Origin: a virus
Lineage: Duplodnaviria > Caudoviricetes
DNA: 31,711 nucleotides
Virus record (IMG/VR): IMGVR_UViG_3300031621_000741
Coordinates: 1 to 31,711 of that record
Strand: one strand, 5' to 3'
In this document: positions 1 through 7,417 of the stretch, piece by piece
Layout: each line of letters begins with the position of its first letter
How positions within the stretch are numbered: the stretch's first letter is position 1
The notes under the pieces: generated by a model
Told to the model about the DNA's origin: nothing
Databases searched by the model: none
What the model saw: only the letters and a program-made list of their open reading frames with translations
Made by a program: the position numbers and the translations under genes

Positions 1-66
1 TTGATTAACAATGCTTGTACACATTGTTTCAATGTCAGACCAACTATAATAATGTTTCTTAATCAT
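1..66 (-). CDS. N-terminal fragment of a gene running off the window; possible phosphoribosyltransferase
   Basis: Not in the ORF track. ATG at 66-64 overlaps the TGA of the upstream ORF (ATGA). Reads MIKKHYYSWSDIETMCTSIVNQ, resembling the Y-S-W-x-D-I N-terminus of purine PRTases; only 22 aa are visible. Confidence 0.45.
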   Translation of the reverse strand, partial: MIKKHYYSWSDIETMCTSIVNQ

Positions 67-287
67 AGTTTTTTATACTCCATTTCAGTTTTAATTTCAT
101 CACCTTGTTTGTCAACGGCAATACTTAATGCTAGTGTTTGTATATCGTCTATTAATCGTTTACAAGTTTCGTGATCGTAATCTTTACCAGATATCTCTGC
201 AAATTCATTTCTTAATCGATGTACTAGTATAGCTTTGTCTTTCATAACTTCAATTCTTCGTATAAGGTCTTCAACTGTATGAAGCAT
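63..287 (-). CDS. hypothetical protein, 74 aa
   Basis: Fills the gap between neighbours in the minus-strand operon; stop overlaps the next ATG. Confidence 0.7.
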   Translation of the reverse strand: MLHTVEDLIRRIEVMKDKAILVHRLRNEFAEISGKDYDHETCKRLIDDIQTLALSIAVDKQGDEIKTEMEYKKL

Positions 288-288
288 A

Positions 289-651
289 TTAATTATCTCT
301 TTCTTTTAATTTTCCATTCCAGTCTTGTTTAACCATTTTATATACCATTTGAAAATTTTCATATGACTTTTCTAAGGCAGGATATTCCTTTTTCATTTCT
401 AATACATCATCTAAGAATGGAAATCTATCAATCCACTCAGTGCCTAAACTATCAATAGTTATATTATAGTCAGGCAATACTATAGTCGACGTATCACTTG
501 TAATTGTTATAGTATTATCGTGATCAATTAATGAATTTGCATAATCAATAGACACTGTTACGTCATCTTTAACACTATCAAAAAATTCAACATCAATAGT
601 ATTATTAGTAAGTGTGTGCGTATCGATAATAAAATTGTCTTTAGAACTCAT
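289..651 (-). CDS. hypothetical protein (about 120 aa; start moved to MSSKDNF)
   Basis: ATG at 651-649 just overlaps the end of the epimerase gene, which is more plausible than the track start at 696. Thr/Asp/Ile-rich N-half, helical C-terminus. Confidence 0.65.
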   Translation of the reverse strand: MSSKDNFIIDTHTLTNNTIDVEFFDSVKDDVTVSIDYANSLIDHDNTITITSDTSTIVLPDYNITIDSLGTEWIDRFPFLDDVLEMKKEYPALEKSYENFQMVYKMVKQDWNGKLKERDN

Positions 652-1510
652 TTTTATACCTTTCCAGTTTGTATTGATCAAGGCACATGTCTTCAATAGT
701 TTTAGTTAGTGTAATGTGCTTTGATAAGTTATCAACTATACTTATAACTGCATCTCCTTTGCGTCTAGATGTTTCGATTATCTTAAATTCTTTGCCTGTA
801 ACAATCTGCATTGTATCAAGCACTTCTTTAACACTGTATCCTACATTACTTCCTAAGCATTCATACGGAGTATTAACTGGTCCATTGTTAACAGCATTTA
901 ATATTGCATTTGCTAAATCAACTATATGAACATAGTCTCTTATACATGTTCCGTCACGAGTCTCATAGTCAGTTCCGTAAATTTCTACATAGTCTCTTTT
1001 TCGTGCAGCACATTCAGCAGCAATACGTATAAGATGGGTTGGACTTCCAAGTTGTCTATTAACTCCGTCTGTACCGCTAACATTAAAGAATCTAAAAATA
1101 GTATAACCTTTGGCTTTTTCTTTAATTACATCTTCGGCACCTACTTTACTAATTGCATATGGTGATGCCATTTCCCATGCACTGCTTGTACTTGCAAATA
1201 GCACATGGTCAGTACCGACATGATCTATAAGATTTGCTGTACCCATTATATTAACACGATAGTATTCTGTAGGATTTAACAAACTATATGGAACAATACT
1301 CATTCCTGCAAGATGAATAACAGCATCATATGATCCCCAGCAATGCTCGGTTACATCAACTTTATAGAATTCATCACAGTATGCATTTATATTATTGTAT
1401 TCTCCATGAATGTTAATATCCCAGCCAGTAACATAATGACCATATTCTTTTAGTAGCCTGCATACATGACTACCAATATAACCTGTTGCTCCTGTAACTA
1501 AGATCTTCAT
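641..1510 (-). CDS. NAD-dependent NDP-sugar epimerase (GalE/UDP-glucose 4-epimerase-like extended SDR)
   Basis: GATGYIG Rossmann motif, HLAG, ASTSS, YAISK (YxxxK), FRFFNV, GTDYETRDGTCIRDYVHIVDLA. Confidence 0.92.
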   Translation of the reverse strand: MKILVTGATGYIGSHVCRLLKEYGHYVTGWDINIHGEYNNINAYCDEFYKVDVTEHCWGSYDAVIHLAGMSIVPYSLLNPTEYYRVNIMGTANLIDHVGTDHVLFASTSSAWEMASPYAISKVGAEDVIKEKAKGYTIFRFFNVSGTDGVNRQLGSPTHLIRIAAECAARKRDYVEIYGTDYETRDGTCIRDYVHIVDLANAILNAVNNGPVNTPYECLGSNVGYSVKEVLDTMQIVTGKEFKIIETSRRKGDAVISIVDNLSKHITLTKTIEDMCLDQYKLERYKNEF

Positions 1511-2103
1511 AGCCCGTCAAACAAATCTAATTTTTGTTGTGCCATATTGTATAGAATTTTAAATTTATCACCAGGAATACGTATTTGCCAATTTTTACAA
1601 TCTTCCTTAGTCTTCTTCTTCTTAGGACGATTACATTTTTCAAATATTATATTTCTACATTCACTACGAATGTATCTCTTTCTATCTCCATTAATAAACT
1701 GTTGTCTACAATCATTAAATGCAGTTTCAATCAAATGACTTACATGAGTATCTTTGCTCCATTTAATATTCACATGTTTGGTAACTACACTAAATGTACT
1801 ACTTACCTCGGTATAGCACCATTCTTCCATCTTTTTTGATATATCATTATTAGTCCAATCGCAGTCTAAAATATGTTGTTCTGTAGTAGTTCCTATAGTA
1901 TGGGCACTTCTAGATTCTTTTTTACGACTTTTAATTTCTTGCCCAGTTGATAAGTCTGGGCCTTTTTGATTCTGGGTAGGAATATGGTTTTGATCAAATT
2001 GTTGTTGTATCCATTGTCCTCTTTCGCCGTCGGTTAGAGTTTCAGGAACTTGTTCGCCTAATAGCCAATTATCTTTAACAGATATTAAGTTTACCTTAGT
2101 CAT
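1507..2103 (-). CDS. putative PD-(D/E)XK-fold endonuclease-like protein
   Basis: GPDLSTGQEIKSRK fits PD-x(n)-E-x-K, preceded by a helical GERGQWIQQQF segment. Coupled to both neighbours by TAATG and ATGA overlaps. Confidence 0.45.
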   Translation of the reverse strand: MTKVNLISVKDNWLLGEQVPETLTDGERGQWIQQQFDQNHIPTQNQKGPDLSTGQEIKSRKKESRSAHTIGTTTEQHILDCDWTNNDISKKMEEWCYTEVSSTFSVVTKHVNIKWSKDTHVSHLIETAFNDCRQQFINGDRKRYIRSECRNIIFEKCNRPKKKKTKEDCKNWQIRIPGDKFKILYNMAQQKLDLFDGL

Positions 2104-3263
2104 TAGTACTTCCTTTTTGCTACTTCGTCTCTATAACGATTACTATCACGATTCCATTCTTCGCCGTTGCCTTGCATAATATCTATATAACGATCAATAG
2201 TAGAACTAGTCCAATTACTAATTTTACCTATGTCTTTGTGTGGTGCTGCTAGCAATACTTCAAGTTTATCAGTTGCATCGTCTTTACTCCACGGCACATA
2301 CATACGTGTATGGTCGTTTGCAAAAATTTCAGGAAAGCTACGATATGCTGGAAATAATACATTTGCACCTAGTGCATCTGCTTCGCTTACAGTATTACTA
2401 GTCCAATCTTGTAACGCACAATTAAACAATACTCTACTGTCATTTACAATATTATAGTATTCATTCTTTTTAAGATTTTCATAAATTTTAAGAACACCAC
2501 GTGCTTCTAATTCTCTAGCACGAGTAATATAACGTTGATTGTTACTGCGTAATGGACCGCCTTGTAGTACAGCAAATTCAATATCAGTATCAGCAAAGTC
2601 TTCTGCAATATCCATATAAAAGTCAGGTTGTTTCTCTTGATCAAACCTTGCAGTAAACACAACACGTTTTTTACGACTAGCAAATGATAATCTATTTACA
2701 CGTTCTTGTACTTCAATTTTGTCAAATGCAAGTCCGCTAATATTATAGATTGGTGCTTTCCAGTTTGCAATTTTCATGTTAGCAACCATTTCTTCGTTGC
2801 TTGCTAATACACCAGTAACAAACTCGTTACACATTTCTTCATACAAGCTCATCCATTTACTCATACCCCAAACATGTACAAAATCGTCTGGGTCAACAGT
2901 TTGTGCTAAACAACGTATCCATACTTGTGGTTGATCTTTGATTGGAATTTGGTCCATAATGTAAGGAAGACTTTCCATTCCGGGTTGAAACATATCTTCA
3001 AAGAAAATAACATCGTTTCCAGTTACTTCGCCGTTGCGCATCATTTGTACTAGGTTCATCATTTGCGACATTGCAAAGTACGAACGACCATGCGCATCTA
3101 GTACCTGTCCTACTTGTATACTTTTAGTATTATCTATAGTAGTACCAGGTACTATAACGTAATCAATCTTACGTCTTTTAAAAGCACGTTCGCTCCATTC
3201 TTGTAATTGTAATGTATATCTACCTTCATAAGGCTCTAGGCCCATGTAAAATAGTTTTTTCAT
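2103..3263 (-). CDS. GT-B fold glycosyltransferase (GT4-like)
   Basis: VVFTARFDQEKQP, LKKNEYYNIVNDSRVLFNCALQDWTSNTVSEADALG (D/E-x7-E signature region), FPEI. Confidence 0.85.
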   Translation of the reverse strand: MKKLFYMGLEPYEGRYTLQLQEWSERAFKRRKIDYVIVPGTTIDNTKSIQVGQVLDAHGRSYFAMSQMMNLVQMMRNGEVTGNDVIFFEDMFQPGMESLPYIMDQIPIKDQPQVWIRCLAQTVDPDDFVHVWGMSKWMSLYEEMCNEFVTGVLASNEEMVANMKIANWKAPIYNISGLAFDKIEVQERVNRLSFASRKKRVVFTARFDQEKQPDFYMDIAEDFADTDIEFAVLQGGPLRSNNQRYITRARELEARGVLKIYENLKKNEYYNIVNDSRVLFNCALQDWTSNTVSEADALGANVLFPAYRSFPEIFANDHTRMYVPWSKDDATDKLEVLLAAPHKDIGKISNWTSSTIDRYIDIMQGNGEEWNRDSNRYRDEVAKRKY

Positions 3264-3451
3264 TATTTTTTGCCTTTGTTGCGATTTTTAGCTCGTACCC
3301 AATTTTTGTATTTTTGATACGCCTGCCACACACGAGCGTCACTTTTATAAAGATCTGCTTCATTAAAAGGATAACCTTCAGTTCGACAAAAATTATGAAG
3401 ATCTTCAAGATCATTAAAAACTTTATTTACTACCGGATTGGTGATAGTCAT
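3263..3451 (-). CDS. small hypothetical protein, 62 aa
   Basis: AAGGA Shine-Dalgarno upstream; stop overlaps the glycosyltransferase ATG (TAATG). Confidence 0.7.
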   Translation of the reverse strand: MTITNPVVNKVFNDLEDLHNFCRTEGYPFNEADLYKSDARVWQAYQKYKNWVRAKNRNKGKK

Positions 3452-3469
3452 TGTAACTTATTCCTTGTA

Positions 3470-3859
3470 TTATTGGTATTCAATTTGACAGCCGTTTTCA
3501 TTGTCTTCAGCGACATTAATAACAACAAATCGGCCAGGATATTTGTTGTTAATCTGTAAGTACAAGTCGTCTGCAATCATTTCACATGACTTGTAATCAA
3601 GTTGTAATAGGTCTTCTTTGTATAAATTTTCTAACCAACGTTTGAATTGAATAAATTCAATATCACGATCGTTGTGTGTTACTTGTATTTGCACTTTAAA
3701 ATGAAATGTATGTCTATGTGGATATCCTAAGAAACTTACATCATACTCGTCACCTGTTGCTAGTTCAGGATCATCAAGTGCTGCTGGATATTTGTGTATA
3801 CCTTCTTTGGTAAAGGTAACCCAAATACTACGTTTTGCATTATCGAGTGCATTTGTCAT
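3470..3859 (-). CDS. QueD/6-pyruvoyl-tetrahydropterin synthase-like (T-fold) protein
   Basis: GIH...HRHTFHFKV...SCEMIA...VAED matches the QueD/PTPS H...HxH...E pattern. Start is uncertain (3859, 3892 or 3919); 3859 has a GAGG SD and lies downstream of a promoter. Confidence 0.65.
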   Translation of the reverse strand: MTNALDNAKRSIWVTFTKEGIHKYPAALDDPELATGDEYDVSFLGYPHRHTFHFKVQIQVTHNDRDIEFIQFKRWLENLYKEDLLQLDYKSCEMIADDLYLQINNKYPGRFVVINVAEDNENGCQIEYQ

Positions 3860-3898
3860 TTTAGCGTTTTCCTCTCTAGTACGCCGCTTCATATAGTT

Positions 3899-3927
3899 AT
3901 AATACGATTCTTGTGTCATTTTGTCAA
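3899..3927 (-). promoter_or_regulatory. sigma70-type promoter TTGACA-17-TATTAT
   Basis: -35 at 3927-3922, 17 bp spacer, -10 at 3904-3899, upstream of the QueD-like gene. Confidence 0.55.
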
Positions 3928-4466
3928 GTAATAATTGTATCACTAGTGTATTTAGACCAATCTGTAAAAACAGCTTTTTCTTTTAGGTCGTGCATTCTAT
4001 GCACCCATACACCAGGATTGCTTGCATCAAAGTCTTTGTCGTCAATTTTAACACATGCATTGTATCCAAGTTGACTTGCATATGGTATTTTAACACTAAT
4101 CATAGGAATAAACCGATTGTGTTCTGTTAGTCCACTTTCAAGAAGACCTTCAACTTGAGCTACATCAACATCAAGTGTAACCCAATATTTTTTATTAAGT
4201 AATGGAAATGCCATTTCTTCCCAAGGTTTCCATTGTTCCTCAGTATTATCTGTAACATTAAAACTCATGTTAGCACCTAAATATATATGCTTACATCCCT
4301 GTTCTTCTGCTGTAGATATTATTTCATCTGTGTCTTTAATACCTACTACAAATAATGTACGTTTTCCAAATTGTGGAGTATGTTCTACTTCGTTGCCAAC
4401 GAAGTATTGTACATCTTTTTGTAAGCCTTGATCATATATTCGTTCCATACTACTAGTGATATCCAT
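3924..4466 (-). CDS. hypothetical alpha/beta protein, about 180 aa
   Basis: Intact ORF within the operon; motifs FVGNEVEHTP, HIYLGAN, IDDKDF, NPGVW; function not recognised. Confidence 0.75.
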   Translation of the reverse strand: MDITSSMERIYDQGLQKDVQYFVGNEVEHTPQFGKRTLFVVGIKDTDEIISTAEEQGCKHIYLGANMSFNVTDNTEEQWKPWEEMAFPLLNKKYWVTLDVDVAQVEGLLESGLTEHNRFIPMISVKIPYASQLGYNACVKIDDKDFDASNPGVWVHRMHDLKEKAVFTDWSKYTSDTIIT

Positions 4467-4659
4467 TAACTTTCATTCCATCATTAATTAATTGTTTTTC
4501 AATTCTGTAAATTTCATCTTTAAGCCATAGTTTTTCAGTTTTTAATCTTCTAACTTCTTCGGTAATACTAGTTAATTCGATATTTTTTATTTCATTATCT
4601 AGTATTCTATGTTTTTTACGCAGTTCCTCTAAATGAGCTAATAGTTTTTTTTGGTCCAA
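4453..4659 (-). CDS. DUF465/YdcH-like small coiled-coil protein
   Basis: LEELRKKHRILDNEI...LKTEKLWLKDEI pattern; TTG start with GGAG SD. Confidence 0.7.
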   Translation of the reverse strand: MDQKKLLAHLEELRKKHRILDNEIKNIELTSITEEVRRLKTEKLWLKDEIYRIEKQLINDGMKVNGYH

Positions 4660-4670
4660 ACTGGTGTCTC

Positions 4671-6227
4671 CTAATCAAATAGTTCATCAAATTTTGCTTC
4701 AGCGTTAATTGTTTTCTTGCCAATTTTTAATCTAGTTCCGATAATATGTGTCCAAATACTGTTTGATTGCGTATCAGTTCCGTACTTATTAATGACATCA
4801 AGACTTTTTTGTCTATCATTTTGTGCAAAAATTTCATCAGCTATGTCTCTGAACTTGTGTTGAGCAAGTGGAGTATCGTAAACCATCATATAAGGATATT
4901 CACCTTTGTCGTATAATTCGTTAGCACGTTGAGTACTTTCAATGTGCATCCATACATTATGGCCCATTTGTAGTGCATAGCTAAATGAATCCCAACTTGT
5001 AGAATCTTTCTTGCGTACAACAGGATTACCTCTGTTATCTAGTATTTGATTGCCGTGTTTATCAATATCAATATCGCCAGCCTTGACTTTAGGATGACCA
5101 ATTTTATTTTTATCACCTTCGGCATAGAAACAAATATCATTCATTTTACAATGTTGACTAATTGGCGATTCTTCAAATGCTGCAAGTATACCTTCTTGTA
5201 CAATAGCATTACCAAATTGTCTTGTGTCTGAAGAATATTTTAATGCATCAGCACCTGGTGCCATCATATAACTCCATTTACCTTTATGTTCTGCCCGAAT
5301 AGTATGATAAATTTGTCCATTAGCAGTTGCTAAGAAAGGACTAGCACAATCGTATGTAATCATAAAATTCTTATTATGATATTTACGTACTGCACGTTGT
5401 ATATCAGTAAGCAAAGTAGCCCACTCAAGTTTACTTGTACCTAAGAAGTGCATTACATCATGTAATCCTTCTTCAAGTAATCCATCGTGTATCATGTGTA
5501 CAAGTCGTTTTAAAATAAGATGAACATCACACATATTTTGTCCGCCCATTGCCCATCCATCAAAATGCGTATCGGGATATACCTTAGGATCACAATAGTC
5601 TTTAAACTCTTGATACCAACTTTCTGCATTAGTATGATTACTACCTTGCAGTACATTTAACACTTTAAAGTTGCCACGTCTATTATTCATGTAATATCTT
5701 GCATTAATATGGGTTGCTGTAACAGCATCGTCATAACTCTTAATATTACTTGCTTCTGAAGCTTTAGGATCCTGGAATGTCCAAGTTGGAATATCCAACA
5801 TCATTCCATAATCCATATATTCTTCCATCCAATTAACAACTAGTTCACGCTTCTTCATTGCCTTCGGGCATGTTTCGCTGGTCCAGTCGCCTTCCCAAAG
5901 TCCTTTAGCAATTTGGAAACCACCTGAGTCGCCTAGCAACCAAGTGTTTTCTCTATCACGATTGCGAACCATATCTTCTTTTTCGCTAAACTTATTTGTA
6001 TCTAATTCAGCATGACCTGCTGAATAGAGCGCCCACTTATAGTGGAACGCTCCTTCTTTAGAATTTAGGAAGTTCATTCCTTCCATTCCGTTTAATCCGC
6101 TAGGAATACGTATAGGATCAACATAATCACTAAATCGTTGCTTGCCTATAAATGTAGCATAAAATCCACTTATACTAGGTAAGAATACAGCATAATCGTT
6201 TTGTGTTTGTGTTAAGTTTGTTTTCAT
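4671..6227 (-). CDS. tRNA-guanine transglycosylase (TGT)/DpdA-like base-exchange enzyme
   Basis: TGT motifs in order: GDSGGFQ, MLDIP, VLQG, AMGG, HFLG, YDCASP (nucleophile Asp position) and a late HN. The CxCxxC zinc site of canonical Tgt is absent. Confidence 0.8.
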   Translation of the reverse strand: MKTNLTQTQNDYAVFLPSISGFYATFIGKQRFSDYVDPIRIPSGLNGMEGMNFLNSKEGAFHYKWALYSAGHAELDTNKFSEKEDMVRNRDRENTWLLGDSGGFQIAKGLWEGDWTSETCPKAMKKRELVVNWMEEYMDYGMMLDIPTWTFQDPKASEASNIKSYDDAVTATHINARYYMNNRRGNFKVLNVLQGSNHTNAESWYQEFKDYCDPKVYPDTHFDGWAMGGQNMCDVHLILKRLVHMIHDGLLEEGLHDVMHFLGTSKLEWATLLTDIQRAVRKYHNKNFMITYDCASPFLATANGQIYHTIRAEHKGKWSYMMAPGADALKYSSDTRQFGNAIVQEGILAAFEESPISQHCKMNDICFYAEGDKNKIGHPKVKAGDIDIDKHGNQILDNRGNPVVRKKDSTSWDSFSYALQMGHNVWMHIESTQRANELYDKGEYPYMMVYDTPLAQHKFRDIADEIFAQNDRQKSLDVINKYGTDTQSNSIWTHIIGTRLKIGKKTINAEAKFDELFD

Positions 6228-6955
6228 TATTTTTGTTGCGCCGGCAAAATATAATCGTACTTTGCCATACCGCTATCAACACTAATGGTCATAGCACCTT
6301 GATCAGTAATACTTAACTTTTTATTACCATCTAGATTAAGAATAGCTAGTGTTTGCGACACAGGCCAAGACCATGTGTGTGTTAATTTACCTTTAATATC
6401 ATGTTGGAACGTAAATGTACCTGCATGTGTGTTTAAGTCACCAAAGTAAAAATTTAGATTGTTATCTTCTGTTTTTACTTGAAATACGGTTTCTTCAGCA
6501 TGTGCGCCGGCCATTAGTTTCATTCTAGCAATAGAACTTACACTTGGCTCAATTTCAACATCGTATGTGTTTACTTTAAATTTAACACTTTTAAGTTTTT
6601 CGTCAATTACAGTTTTACTCATAAATCTATAATCATTTTGAAAGTCGCCACTTTTGTTTTCAAAGTGGATGTGTGTTGGAATAACTTCTCCATTGCGAGA
6701 GTCTTCAACTACTTCAATATTAGAATCTGTTTCGTATTCAGGATTCTTTAGATGATATGATAGCTTTCCTAAGTCAGGCATTCCAAATGTGCCACTAAAC
6801 TCAGCTACATTATTATGTGCAATTGCAGATAAAATTACACTTCTATCATCTGCCATTGATTCAATATTAGTATCTTTGTCAGTAGTTACTTTTAAAGTTG
6901 TAATAAATCCTAAAGAATGCGTATGTGCTACAATATCTTTTAGTATGTCGATCAT
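6227..6955 (-). CDS. probable DNA polymerase sliding clamp (gp45-like)
   Basis: 242 aa, two beta-rich halves, C-terminal YDYILPA strand, located near the polymerase; AGGAG SD. Fold is inferred, not verified. Confidence 0.55.
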   Translation of the reverse strand: MIDILKDIVAHTHSLGFITTLKVTTDKDTNIESMADDRSVILSAIAHNNVAEFSGTFGMPDLGKLSYHLKNPEYETDSNIEVVEDSRNGEVIPTHIHFENKSGDFQNDYRFMSKTVIDEKLKSVKFKVNTYDVEIEPSVSSIARMKLMAGAHAEETVFQVKTEDNNLNFYFGDLNTHAGTFTFQHDIKGKLTHTWSWPVSQTLAILNLDGNKKLSITDQGAMTISVDSGMAKYDYILPAQQK

Positions 6956-6977
6956 GTTGTTCTCCTATATCTCTTTT

Positions 6978-7006
6978 ATTATATTATACATTTTATGTAA
7001 AGTCAA
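6978..7006 (-). promoter_or_regulatory. sigma70-type promoter TTGACT-17-TATAAT
   Basis: -35 at 7006-7001, -10 at 6983-6978, 17 bp spacer, upstream of the clamp-TGT genes. Confidence 0.75.
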
Positions 7007-7416
7007 GTGTTTTTCTTACAAACTCGGTCTCTTAAATCAGTTGACGAAAATCGATGATTACGATGATTAAAATACAATTCTATTCCTAACTTTTGACAAG
7101 CATCTTTACCAGTAAAATCTTTATTTTTATATTCATCACCAAGAATACGAACATTAATTGGATACATTTGTAAAATATCAATTAAGTCTGATTCTGTAGC
7201 ATAGCATATAATTTCATCAACGTATCTTACAGCAGCAAGTTGGGTGTAGCGTTCTACTACAGTTTGTATAGGTGCATTTTTTTCTTTTCGGTCAACGGAT
7301 GGATCTATTTGTAATCCGCATATTAAGTGTTCACATTGTGCTTTAGCTTCACGTAACATACTAATATGTCCAGCGTGAAGTAAATCAAATGTTGAGGCTG
7401 TAAATCCTACCTTCAT
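7003..7416 (-). CDS. TagD-like (glycerol-3-phosphate) cytidylyltransferase, HIGH superfamily
   Basis: FTASTFDLLHAGH, RYVDEI, GDEY, RFSSTDLR. Start moved to MKVGF (ATG 7416, GGAG SD). Confidence 0.88.
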   Translation of the reverse strand: MKVGFTASTFDLLHAGHISMLREAKAQCEHLICGLQIDPSVDRKEKNAPIQTVVERYTQLAAVRYVDEIICYATESDLIDILQMYPINVRILGDEYKNKDFTGKDACQKLGIELYFNHRNHRFSSTDLRDRVCKKNT

Positions 7417-7417
7417 T

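Noticed and set aside
4671-6227. Calling the TGT-like gene canonical tgt or dpdA
   Set aside because: It lacks the CxCxxC zinc site, is longer than bacterial Tgt, and its substrate (DNA or tRNA) cannot be determined by eye.
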